Shown here one piece after another: positions 30,913 through 40,016 of a stretch of DNA of 64,000 bases. A model generated the notes under the pieces. That model did not search any database. It had not been told where the DNA came from and saw only the letters and a program-made list of their open reading frames with translations. The DNA lies in NCBI GenBank assembly GCA_963716725.1, contig CAVQUB010000002.1, positions 32,001 through 96,000 on the forward strand. The letters run 5' to 3'. This DNA is from an uncultured delta proteobacterium (GTDB lineage: Bacteria; Myxococcota_A; Polyangia; Polyangiales; Polyangiaceae). How positions within the stretch are numbered: position 1 is the first letter of the stretch; every line of letters begins with the position of its first letter. The position numbers were made by a program, and so were the translations under genes.

Positions 30913-32460
30913 TCAACGTGGGTCGCGGCCTCCCAAGCAAGGCGTGCGCCGAGCGAACATGCCGACCAGCACCACGCTAAAGATGACGTAAGCCGCGGCC
31001 ATGGCGTAGTAGCGCTCGTCCGGGGGCCGGAAGCGCAACGCCACGATCTGGCTCGTCGCGGCCAGCCCCAACGCTGCCATTTCGAGCGAACGTCGAGCTC
31101 GGGAGGCGACGGCCGCCAGCAGCCAGAGCGAGTAGTAGTAACAACTCGGATCAGTGACCGAGAGAATTGGCAGCATGCCCAGGCAGACGGCCAACCAAGC
31201 TGTTCGCAGCCTCCAGACGGTGTAGGCAAATCCACCCAGAAGGGCCGCGGCGGTCAACCAGTACGCGACGCGGTACTCGTCCAGGCGTGCCCGTCGGGCG
31301 CGAATCCAGGGCTCGATGCGATCGAGTTGGCGCGCGTCCTGAAGCTCCACCAAGCGGATATTCGGTGAGGCCGAGAACAGGGTGCGCAGGCTCATGTGGT
31401 TGGTGATCGGCGTCTGGGCGTGCATCCCGATGTGATCGACGAACTCGTCATAGGCGCGGAAGCCCCGCACGCTGGCCCCCCAGGGGATCAACAACGCTGC
31501 GCAGGTGACGGCGCCGGCGATCAGTCGTCGGTATCGAATCGAGAGCCGCCGGGTGATCACCAACTCTCGCAGCATCAGGACCAGCAGCCCCGAAAAGAGC
31601 AGAACTGGGAAGGCTCGGACCAGCGCGGCGTAGGCGAGCGCGGCGCCGGCGCCGAAGAAGTAGCGCTTGCGGAGCAGTGCCACCCCGAGGACGCAGGCAA
31701 ACAGCCAGTCTTGCCGGAGAAACGCGCCACCGGTCCAGTACAGCTCTGCCGGCGCCTGGCTGCCCCAGAACACCGTCGCCAGGGCGGCGATGCGCCACCC
31801 GAAAGCCCACCACAGGAGCAGCAGACAGCCGCCCATGAGGGCGACGTCAATGGCTGCGAGCCAACGGAAGTGAGCAATGCTCGGCGTCACCCGGTTGGAG
31901 ATGGCATGACCCGTCGCCGCCCAGACCGGCGAGGCGTTGAAGCCATGGTCGAGTTGCATCAGCTCCCACCACTCGCCGCCGCCAGAGACTCGGCGAAACC
32001 ACGCGATGTCGGAGCGAAACTCGGCCCAGCGACCGGCCGAGAACCGTTGCTTGCAGGTGGCGGCCGTACTGAGCGCAGCCCCGGCCAGCGAGACGCTATC
32101 GTCTTCCAAGACCCGCATTCGCCGCTGGGCGACGTGTTCGGCGTCACCGGTCTCCGCGTCGGCCACCGCGGTGCAGGCGTAGAGCTTCTTGTACCCGAGC
32201 TCTGGGGCGTACTTGGAACCTACGTAGTAGTGAAAGACGTCCCAGCGGTGAAAGTATCCCGGGTAAGAGTAGTGCGAGAACTGAAAGAAGGCGGCCAACG
32301 AGAGCACCGCGAGCGCGCCGGCGAAGCGCTTCTTCGCGCGCTCGCTGAACTGGTGCGGTGATCGCCACTCGCGCCACAGAAACCAGCAGGCGACGACCGT
32401 GATCGAGACCTTGATCCACGCGAGGGAACGCTCGCTCGCCAGCTCCTGCAGGTTCACCAT
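30913..32460 (-). CDS. Polytopic membrane protein, possibly GT-C-fold glycosyltransferase-like
   Basis: About 10 hydrophobic segments; large first loop WDVFHYYVGSKY..ELGY, plus GFNASPVW, FLRQDW and LVRAFP. The function is inference only. Confidence 0.55.
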   Translation of the reverse strand: MVNLQELASERSLAWIKVSITVVACWFLWREWRSPHQFSERAKKRFAGALAVLSLAAFFQFSHYSYPGYFHRWDVFHYYVGSKYAPELGYKKLYACTAVADAETGDAEHVAQRRMRVLEDDSVSLAGAALSTAATCKQRFSAGRWAEFRSDIAWFRRVSGGGEWWELMQLDHGFNASPVWAATGHAISNRVTPSIAHFRWLAAIDVALMGGCLLLLWWAFGWRIAALATVFWGSQAPAELYWTGGAFLRQDWLFACVLGVALLRKRYFFGAGAALAYAALVRAFPVLLFSGLLVLMLRELVITRRLSIRYRRLIAGAVTCAALLIPWGASVRGFRAYDEFVDHIGMHAQTPITNHMSLRTLFSASPNIRLVELQDARQLDRIEPWIRARRARLDEYRVAYWLTAAALLGGFAYTVWRLRTAWLAVCLGMLPILSVTDPSCYYYSLWLLAAVASRARRSLEMAALGLAATSQIVALRFRPPDERYYAMAAAYVIFSVVLVGMFARRTPCLGGRDPR

Positions 32461-32983
32461 GCAGCGTCTCGTGTGCGCGCCACCCTAGCGCCAACGGCAG
32501 GGCACAAGCACCGGGAGTTTTCGGTGCGACGGCGCCACTCGGGATCAGAAGGTGCCAGCCTCGGTGCGCACGAAACCGGCGCCAAGCGACCAGCGCATTC
32601 CCCCCGGCCGAGCGAAGCGAGGGCTTGGGGGGAATCGCCCGCCGCGAGGGCGGCGACGGGCCGAGGTCGAGCGTGGTCTCGAAGCGACGCCCCGAGCGCC
32701 GGGCGATGGGGGGCAGGTCGAAGCAATGCCGCTCGAGTGCCCCGATCAGAACGAGCCGACCTCTGGCACGCCTGCCCTCGTCCCCGTCTTCGTCGGATCA
32801 CATCCGCGCGCGGACCTCTCGACCACGGTCCGTGAACCCCGCGGGTGTCCGGCGTCTGCGCGGCTGGCCTCCAAAGCCCGGGGGCAACCCGGGGTCAGGG
32901 GCGCGCCGATCGACGGCCTCCACCCCGCTCGGGGCAATTTGTCCTGGCATCGCGGGAGGTTTCGGACTACTTGGCGCTCCGCC

Positions 32984-33124
32984 ATGGGAACACCGCAAGA
33001 TCCGCGCGCACGTCGCCGCCAGAAGCAGCGCCGCGCCAAGAACAACGTCGAGTGGGAGCTGAAGCGCGCGGCAGAGAATGCCGAGGCCGCCAAGCCCAAG
33101 GCGCCCGCCAAGAAGACGACCTGA
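32984..33124 (+). CDS. Small basic protein (46 aa)
   Basis: MGTPQDPRARRRQKQRRAKNNVEWELKRAAENAEAAKPKAPAKKTT with strongly G/C-ending codons; stop lies 10 nt from the convergent meaB stop. Confidence 0.6.
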   Translation: MGTPQDPRARRRQKQRRAKNNVEWELKRAAENAEAAKPKAPAKKTT

Positions 33125-33134
33125 GCGTTCTCGG

Positions 33135-34103
33135 TCAGCCCACCTTCGCCGCGGCGTTGCCGAGCGCTTCGATCAGATTCGCACCCCGAGCGAGCTCCTG
33201 CTCAATCGTGCGCTCCAGCGCGCGGAGGCCGCCAGCGCGTTCGATGCCGACCTCGCCGTAGCGCTGGCCGAAGAGGCGCGTCACCCAAGCCACGCTCTTG
33301 CGCAAGCGCCGAGTCGCGAGTTCTCCACTGGAGGCGATGCGCGAGAAGTGGGCGTCCAGCGCGAGACAGAGTTCGTCGATCCCGGCGCCGGTCGTCGCGC
33401 TGGTGGCGAGCAGCGGCGGAGCTTCTCCCTCGACGCCGAGGCGGAGCGCGCTCCCGAGATCGGCGAGCGCGCGTTGGGCCACCGCGCCGAGATCGGCTTT
33501 GTTCACGGCGATCACGTCGGGGATCTCCAAGATCCCCGCTTTGATGAACTGCAAGACGTCGCCCGAGGCGGGCTGAACCACCAGCAGCACGGTGTCGGCA
33601 ACGTGCTCGATGTCGGTCTCGCTTTGTCCGACGCCGACCGTCTCGATCAACACGACATCGTAGACCGCGCTCAGGACCTCGACCGCCGCGCCTGCGGCCC
33701 GCGCAAGACCGCCGAGTTGGCCCCCCGAAGCCATCGAGCGCACAAATACGTCGCGGTCGTCGGGGTCGAGCTCGATCCGCGCGCGGTCTCCGAGCAGAGC
33801 ACCGCCGCTGTGCGGGCTCGACGGATCCACGGCCAAGACGCCGACGGTGCGCCCATTCTGGCGCCAGCGTCGGATCAGCGCCGACACCAGCGAGCTCTTC
33901 CCAACGCCGGGCGGCCCGGTCACGCCCACGCGCTGACAGGTCTTGCCCCGTCCGCGTGACGCGAGCGCCCCGAGGAGCGCGGCCGCAGGGCCCGCGGCTT
34001 CGGCGCGACGGTCCTCGACCATGGAGATCGCCCGCGCGACGCTGGCGGGGTCCCGCGCGAGCGCGCCCAGCGCGAGCGCCTCCGGCTCGAGTGGCGTCGT
34101 CAC
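33135..34103 (-). CDS. meaB: Acyl-CoA mutase-associated GTPase MeaB
   Basis: GVTGPPGVGKSS, LAVDPSS, GALLGDRAR, FVRSMAS, IETVGVGQSE, KAGILE, VNKAD; GTGA overlap with the ecm stop. Confidence 0.92.
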   Translation of the reverse strand: MTTPLEPEALALGALARDPASVARAISMVEDRRAEAAGPAAALLGALASRGRGKTCQRVGVTGPPGVGKSSLVSALIRRWRQNGRTVGVLAVDPSSPHSGGALLGDRARIELDPDDRDVFVRSMASGGQLGGLARAAGAAVEVLSAVYDVVLIETVGVGQSETDIEHVADTVLLVVQPASGDVLQFIKAGILEIPDVIAVNKADLGAVAQRALADLGSALRLGVEGEAPPLLATSATTGAGIDELCLALDAHFSRIASSGELATRRLRKSVAWVTRLFGQRYGEVGIERAGGLRALERTIEQELARGANLIEALGNAAAKVG

Positions 34104-36064
34104 GTCGCGGCTCGCTGCACGATCTCGACCAGGTCCTCCAGGATCCGGGCGATGGCGAAGTCCTTCGGTGTGTAGACCGCCGCCACTCCGGCGCTCCGCA
34201 GCAGTTCGCGGTCCTGCTCCGGGATGATCCCGCCGACGACCACCGGGGCCTTCACGCCGCGCGCCGCGAGCTCCGAGAGCACCTCGCGCGTGAGCTCGAC
34301 GTGGGCCCCGGACAGGATGCTGAGACCAACCACGTGCACGCCCTCGTCCGCCGCCGCCCGGGCGATCTCCCGGGGGGTCACGCGGATGCCTTCGTAGACG
34401 ACCTCGAAGCCCGCATCCCGCGCGCGCAGCGCGATCTGCTCGGCGCCGTTCGAGTGACCGTCGAGCCCGGGCTTGCCCACCAGGATCTTGGGGCGGCGCC
34501 CGATCCGGCGCTCCAGCTCGGCGACGCGCTCGCGCAATGAATCGTAGGCGCCGGACAGCTCCGGCACCCGCGCTCCGCCGACCCCGGTCGGCGCTCGGTA
34601 CTCGCCGAAGACGTCGCGCAAGGCGCCGGCCCACTCCCCCGTCGTCACCCGGGCGCGGGCGGCCGCGATGGAGACGGGTACCAGATTGTCATCTCCGCGA
34701 GCTGCCGCGCGCACCGCGTCGAGCGCGCGCGCCACACCGTCTGCGTCTCGCGCCCGACGCCAGGCCTCGAGGCGCTGCACTTGGTCGCTCTCGGCCGCCG
34801 GGTCGACGCGCAAGATAGCGTCGTCTCCGCCAGCGGTCAGCTCGCTCGCAACGGTCTCGGTGAAACGGTTCACACCCACCACGGTCTGCTCCCCGCTCTC
34901 GATGGCCGCGAGCCGTCGGGCGTTGGCTGTCACCAAACGCTCCTTGATGTATCCGCTCTCGACGGCGGATACGGCCCCGCCGCGCTCGAGCACGGCCTCG
35001 ACCTCGGCCCACGCCGCGTCGGTGATCTCCCGGGTCTTCTTCTCGATCACCGGCGAGCCCGCGAAGATGTCACCGTATTCGAGCAGATCGGTCTCGTAGG
35101 CGAGCAGTTGCTGCGTGCGCAGCGAGAGCTGTTGATCCCAGGGGCGCGGCAGCCCCAGCGCCTCGTTCCACGCGGGCAGCTGGATGGCCCGAGCGCGCGC
35201 GTTCTTTCCCAGCGTCACTCCCAGCATCTCGAAGGCAATTCGCACCAGGTTGTTCTCCGGCTGAGCCTCCGTCAGCCCGAGCGAGTTCACCTGCACGCCG
35301 TAGCGAAATCGGCGGAGCTTGGCGTCGGAGACCCCGTAGCGTTCGGCGCCGATCCGGTCCCAGAGGGCGCCAAAGGCTCGCAGCTTGCACGCCTCTTCGA
35401 CGAACCTCATGCCCGCGTTCACGAAGAACGACAGCCGCCCGAACACCCGCGCCAGGGCCTCGCCAGAGACGCCACGAGCGCGCACCTCGTCGAGCACGGC
35501 GATGGCGGTCACCAGCGAGTAGGCGATCTCTTGCTCCGGCGTCGCACCGGCCTCCTGCAGGTGGTAGCTCGAGATGTTGATGGGGTTGAAGTCGGGGACC
35601 TGCTCCACCGCATAGAGAACGGTGTCGACGGTCAGCCGCAGGCTGGGCCCGGGCGCAAATACGTAGGTGCCGCGCGACAGGTACTCTTTGACGATGTCGT
35701 TTTGCGTCGTCCCGCGCAGCACTCGCGGTGCCACGCCCTGCTGCTCAGCGACCGCTACGTACAGAGCGAGCAGCCAGACGGCCGTCGCGTTGATGGTCAT
35801 CGAGGTGTTCATGCGCCCGAGATCGATGCCGTCGAAGAGAGCGGCGAGATCACCGACGTGACCGATGGGGACTCCGGTGCGCCCCACTTCGCCGCGCGCC
35901 AGCGGGTGATCGGCGTCGTAGCCGGTCTGCGTGGGCAGATCGAAGGCCACGCTGAGGCCGGTCTGCCCACGCGCCAAGTTCTCCCGATACAGCTGGTTCG
36001 ACGCCTGGGGCGTCGAGTGCCCGGAGTACGTGCGCATGATCCACGGGGGGTCCTTGGCTGACAT
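34100..36064 (-). CDS. ecm: Ethylmalonyl-CoA mutase (MeaA/Ecm), B12-dependent
   Basis: PWIMRTYSGHS, GQTGLSVAFDLPTQTGYD, RYGVQVNSLGLTEAQPENN, LPAWNEALGLPRPWDQQ, GKPGLDGHSNGA. Confidence 0.92.
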   Translation of the reverse strand: MSAKDPPWIMRTYSGHSTPQASNQLYRENLARGQTGLSVAFDLPTQTGYDADHPLARGEVGRTGVPIGHVGDLAALFDGIDLGRMNTSMTINATAVWLLALYVAVAEQQGVAPRVLRGTTQNDIVKEYLSRGTYVFAPGPSLRLTVDTVLYAVEQVPDFNPINISSYHLQEAGATPEQEIAYSLVTAIAVLDEVRARGVSGEALARVFGRLSFFVNAGMRFVEEACKLRAFGALWDRIGAERYGVSDAKLRRFRYGVQVNSLGLTEAQPENNLVRIAFEMLGVTLGKNARARAIQLPAWNEALGLPRPWDQQLSLRTQQLLAYETDLLEYGDIFAGSPVIEKKTREITDAAWAEVEAVLERGGAVSAVESGYIKERLVTANARRLAAIESGEQTVVGVNRFTETVASELTAGGDDAILRVDPAAESDQVQRLEAWRRARDADGVARALDAVRAAARGDDNLVPVSIAAARARVTTGEWAGALRDVFGEYRAPTGVGGARVPELSGAYDSLRERVAELERRIGRRPKILVGKPGLDGHSNGAEQIALRARDAGFEVVYEGIRVTPREIARAAADEGVHVVGLSILSGAHVELTREVLSELAARGVKAPVVVGGIIPEQDRELLRSAGVAAVYTPKDFAIARILEDLVEIVQRAAT

Positions 36065-36137
36065 CTCGCTGCAATCCTTCCGCCGTGCGGCCGCCGGAGC
36101 AAGGCGGATTGGGCGATTGGTGCTAGGTTCGTGCGGC

Positions 36138-36926
36138 GTGAGCAGCGGACCCTATCGCAGCGGGAGGCCGGGACCGGCGTCGCGGGGACCCGCCGGGGGC
36201 AAGCTCGAGTGTCCCGGGTGCGCCGCCCAAGTCGACGACTCGGTGCGGGCCTGCTCGGGCTGCGGCACTCCCATCGCCACGGTTCGCTGCGCGACCTGCT
36301 ACCAGATGAACTCGCCGACCTGCGCCCTGTGCACCGGCTGCGGGCACGAACTCGGACTCGAGCCCGTGGGCGAACCGGACACCTATTCGTGCCCCGATTG
36401 CCGCGTCCCCTTCCAGATCTTTCGCGGCGGACCGGGCGCGCTGCACGACTGCGAGCGCTGCGGGGGTCAGTTCGTCGACCACGCTTTGCTGAAGGATCTG
36501 TTGGAGCAACGCGAGCTCTACGGCCGCGCCGCACCGCGACCCCCTCCGCGTCACAACCCGCTCACCTCACCCATGCGCTACGTGCCTTGCCCGCTCTGCG
36601 CAGAGATCATGCTGCGCAAGAATTTCGGGCGTTCGAGCGGGGTCATCGTCGACGTCTGCTCCCGCGATGGTCTCTGGTTCGATCGCGGCGAGCTGCCGCG
36701 GGTGCTCGAGTTCGTGGAGGCGGGGGGGCTCGAGCTCGCGCGACGGCGAGAGCTCGACGAGGAACGCGACAGCCAGCGTCACCAGCGAGTGCGCCAGGTG
36801 GAGCGCTCGCTCGAGGGTCTCAGCACTCCGGCTTCGTCGAACCCCTTCGACCGGATGCGTCGGAACGTGGAATTCGCCGACGCGACGCTCTCCTTGGTCG
36901 GCTATCTGGGCGGTCTCTTGAAATAG
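36138..36926 (+). CDS. Multi-zinc-ribbon protein (double zinc ribbon + zf-TFIIB-like)
   Basis: Seven CxxC pairs plus VDVCSRDGLWFDRGEL; start GTG 36138 after TGC-TAGGTT. Confidence 0.75.
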   Translation: MSSGPYRSGRPGPASRGPAGGKLECPGCAAQVDDSVRACSGCGTPIATVRCATCYQMNSPTCALCTGCGHELGLEPVGEPDTYSCPDCRVPFQIFRGGPGALHDCERCGGQFVDHALLKDLLEQRELYGRAAPRPPPRHNPLTSPMRYVPCPLCAEIMLRKNFGRSSGVIVDVCSRDGLWFDRGELPRVLEFVEAGGLELARRRELDEERDSQRHQRVRQVERSLEGLSTPASSNPFDRMRRNVEFADATLSLVGYLGGLLK

Positions 36927-37004
36927 ACGGCCTCGGGCAGCTTTCTCGGCGTCTGGGGCCTCGACACCCGAGGCCGGCATGGCCAAGATCCCCCAGTCTG
37001 CTGC

Positions 37005-37352
37005 ATGACCACCCGAGGCTCGAATCCGAACCCCGATCACGACGGGGACGTGGCCGTCCAAGAGAAGCGGACCACACGGCGCGCGCGTCCCTACAACGTC
37101 GTCTTCCACAACGACGACTACACGACGATGGAGTTCGTGATCCACGTCTTGATGCATTTCTTCCACAAGTCGGAAACCGAGGCGACGCAGATCATGTTGG
37201 AGATTCACCACCGAGGCTTCGGCGTGGTCGGCGTGTTCACGCGGGACATCGCCGAAACCAAGGCCGAGCAGGTCATGGACCTGGCCAAGGAACACGGACA
37301 CCCCCTGCGGGCGACCGCCGAGCCCGCCGACGACCCCGAGGAGGATCAGTGA
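37005..37352 (+). CDS. clpS: ATP-dependent Clp protease adaptor ClpS
   Basis: YNVVFHNDDYTTMEFVIHVL...IMLEIHHRG...IAETK...HPL. Confidence 0.95.
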   Translation: MTTRGSNPNPDHDGDVAVQEKRTTRRARPYNVVFHNDDYTTMEFVIHVLMHFFHKSETEATQIMLEIHHRGFGVVGVFTRDIAETKAEQVMDLAKEHGHPLRATAEPADDPEEDQ

Positions 37353-39637
37353 AGGTCAGCCCGGAAGTGGAGATCGCGTGCACGCTCGCCCTGCGCGAGG
37401 CGGCGCGGCGCAACCACGAGATCATGACGGTCGAGCACCTGCTGTACGCGCTGCTCTTCGACGAAGCGACGGCAAGCGTCGTGAGGAACTCGGGCGGCGA
37501 CGTCTCCGAGATCAAGAAGTCCCTCGAGCGGATCCTCGACGAGGAGATCGCCGCGGCGCCGGAGGGCGCCGAAGGCACGCCGACGCCGTCGCGGGGGTTC
37601 CAGCGCGTCTTGCAGCGCGCGGCCATCCACGTCGAGTCCAGCGGCAAAGAAGAACTCCGGGGCCAGAACCTGCTGGTGGCGATCTTCGCCGAGGTGGACT
37701 CACCCGCGGTCGCGGTGCTGACCGAGCACGGCGTCACCCGCTACGACGTCATCAGCTACATCTCCCACGGAGTGCCCAAGGACGCGGACGACGATCCCGA
37801 CTTGACCACCGCCGGCGGGGATCCGGCGTCCGAGCACGACCACGACCACGACCACGACGACGAGAGCTCCCGTGGCGGCAACGCCCTGGAGAAGTTCGCG
37901 ATCAACCTCAACGAGCGCGCCAAGGCCGGCGACATCGAGCCCCTGGTGGGGCGGGAGCGCGAGCTGCGGCGCGCCATCCAGATCTTGGCGCGTCGCAAGA
38001 AGAACAACCCCCTCTTCGTGGGCGACGCCGGCGTGGGCAAGACGGCCATCGTCGAAGGCCTCGCGGCCAAGGTCGTGGCGGAAGACGTGCCCCAGCCGCT
38101 GCGCGGATGCGAGATCTTCGCTCTCGACATGGGCGCGCTGGTGGCCGGCACGAAGTTCCGAGGCGACTTCGAGAACCGGGTCAAGGCCGTGCTGAAGCAG
38201 CTCGAGAAACGCCCCGGCGCGATCCTCTTTGTCGACGAGATCCACACCGTGATCGGCGCCGGCTCCGCCAGCGGCGGCACCTTGGACGCCGCCAACCTGC
38301 TCAAGCCGGCCCTGTCGAGCGGCAAGCTGCGCTGCATCGGCGCCACGACCTTCGAGGAGTACCGTGGTCACTTCGAGCGGGACCGCGCCCTCGCGCGCCG
38401 CTTCCAAAAGATTGAAGTGCTCGAGCCGACCACGGCAGAGACCCGGCTCATCTTGGAGGGACTCCGCCCCCGCTACGAAGAGTTCCACGGCGTGAGCTAC
38501 GTCGCCGAGGGCCTGGACGCCGCGGTCAAACTCTCGGAGCGCTATCTGCACGACCGCAAGCTGCCCGACAAAGCCATCGATCTCTTGGACGAAGCCGGCG
38601 CTGACGCCAAGCTCGAGGAGGGCGAGGGCGCGAGCGTCGGCGTCGATCGCATGGAGGCGGTGGTGGCGCGCATGGCGCAGATCCCGCCGCGGCAGGTGTC
38701 GAGCAGCGACAAGAGCGCTCTCAAGAACCTGGAAGCCGACCTGCGCCAGGTCGTGTTCGGGCAGGACCAAGCGCTGGCCGAGCTCAGCACCGCGATCAAG
38801 CTGTCGCGGGCCGGCCTCCGACCCGCCGACAAACCCATCGGCTGCTACCTCTTCACGGGCCCGACCGGCGTGGGCAAGACCGAAGCGGCCAAGCAGCTGG
38901 CCAAGACCATGGGCATCGAGCTCGTGCGCATCGACATGAGCGAGTACCAAGAGCGACACACGGTCTCGCGGCTGATCGGCGCTCCGCCGGGCTACGTGGG
39001 CTTCGATCGCGGCGGGCTCCTCACCGAGGCCATCGCGAAGACGCCTCACGCGGTGCTCCTGCTCGACGAAATCGAGAAGGCCCACCCCGACGTCTTCAAC
39101 GTGCTCTTGCAGGTCATGGATCACGGAACGCTCACTGACAACAACGGCAAGAAGACCGACTTCCGCCACGTCGTCGTGATCATGACGAGCAACGTCGGCG
39201 CCTCGGATCTGGCACGCGCCCGGGTGGGCTTCGGCGATCGCAGCAGCTCGGGCATGGACGACGTCGCCTTCAAGAACGCCTTCAGCCCGGAGTTCCGCAA
39301 CCGGCTCGACGCGCGCATCGGCTTCGCGCCGCTCTCGCCGCAGGTCATGGGACAGGTCGTCGACAAGTTCATCGGCGAGCTGGGGGCTCAGCTCGCCGAG
39401 CGCAGCGTGACCGTCGAGCTCGAGGGTTCTGCTCGGGAGTACCTGGCCGAGAAGGGCTACGACAAACAGATGGGCGCACGCCCCCTGAGCCGCCTGATCC
39501 AGGACGAGGTGAAGCGCCCGCTGGGCGACGAGCTGCTCTTCGGCGCCCTCGAGTCCGGAGGGCACGTGGTCATCGGCACCCGCGATGGAAAAATCGCGTT
39601 CGACTGTACGGCCACCCCGAAGGCGACGACGCCCTGA
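37349..39637 (+). CDS. clpA: ATP-dependent Clp protease ATP-binding subunit ClpA
   Basis: N-domain TVEHLLYALL; GDAGVGKT, FVDEIH, GPTGVGKT, LLDEIEKAHPD, GARPL; GTG start overlaps the clpS stop. Confidence 0.95.
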   Translation: MKVSPEVEIACTLALREAARRNHEIMTVEHLLYALLFDEATASVVRNSGGDVSEIKKSLERILDEEIAAAPEGAEGTPTPSRGFQRVLQRAAIHVESSGKEELRGQNLLVAIFAEVDSPAVAVLTEHGVTRYDVISYISHGVPKDADDDPDLTTAGGDPASEHDHDHDHDDESSRGGNALEKFAINLNERAKAGDIEPLVGRERELRRAIQILARRKKNNPLFVGDAGVGKTAIVEGLAAKVVAEDVPQPLRGCEIFALDMGALVAGTKFRGDFENRVKAVLKQLEKRPGAILFVDEIHTVIGAGSASGGTLDAANLLKPALSSGKLRCIGATTFEEYRGHFERDRALARRFQKIEVLEPTTAETRLILEGLRPRYEEFHGVSYVAEGLDAAVKLSERYLHDRKLPDKAIDLLDEAGADAKLEEGEGASVGVDRMEAVVARMAQIPPRQVSSSDKSALKNLEADLRQVVFGQDQALAELSTAIKLSRAGLRPADKPIGCYLFTGPTGVGKTEAAKQLAKTMGIELVRIDMSEYQERHTVSRLIGAPPGYVGFDRGGLLTEAIAKTPHAVLLLDEIEKAHPDVFNVLLQVMDHGTLTDNNGKKTDFRHVVVIMTSNVGASDLARARVGFGDRSSSGMDDVAFKNAFSPEFRNRLDARIGFAPLSPQVMGQVVDKFIGELGAQLAERSVTVELEGSAREYLAEKGYDKQMGARPLSRLIQDEVKRPLGDELLFGALESGGHVVIGTRDGKIAFDCTATPKATTP

Positions 39638-39739
39638 GTTGACTCGGGTCCGTCAACGGGCTGCGACAGTGTTGCCTGTGCCACCACAGGTCGCCGCTGG
39701 CACAGTGGGTTTTTCCCGGGATGGCCCGACCGTCCCGGA

Positions 39740-39755
39740 CGGCACACGGCTTGCT
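39740..39755 (+). promoter_or_regulatory. Sigma54 (-24/-12) promoter
   Basis: CGGCACA-CGGC-TTGCT, 12 nt before ATG 39768. Confidence 0.6.
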
Positions 39756-39767
39756 AAGTCGCCGGGC

Positions 39768-39908
39768 ATGTTGCCCGTTGCCCCCAAGAAGATCCTCCGC
39801 GACGCACTCATCGGCTTCGGCATTGGCCTGATCGCCATGGTGGGAATCAGCTATGGCGCAGGAGCCCTCGTGGGCTCGCCCCCGGCGGCGGCGACGTCAG
39901 CGCAGTAA
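39768..39908 (+). CDS. Small single-TM protein (46 aa)
   Basis: MLPVAPKKILRDALIGFGIGLIAMVGISYGAGALVG...; supported by the upstream sigma54 motif. Confidence 0.55.
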   Translation: MLPVAPKKILRDALIGFGIGLIAMVGISYGAGALVGSPPAAATSAQ

Positions 39909-40016
39909 CGCCCGCGTTAGGATCTCGCTCGCGAGTGCGCCCATGTGCGCCTCCGCCCCACACGCGGGCGACCTCGTGAAGGCCCTTCCGACGTCCAGCT
40001 CGCCGGCCGCTTCGCT

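Noticed and set aside
32461..32983. About 520-nt gene-free stretch considered as an ncRNA or riboswitch
   Set aside because: No recognisable conserved RNA motif (including a cobalamin riboswitch) and no credible ORF. A covariance-model search would be needed.
36131..37348. 1168-aa ORF suggesting a long N-terminal extension on ClpA
   Set aside because: The extension is Arg-rich out-of-frame translation over the zinc-ribbon gene and clpS. ClpA starts at GTG 37349.
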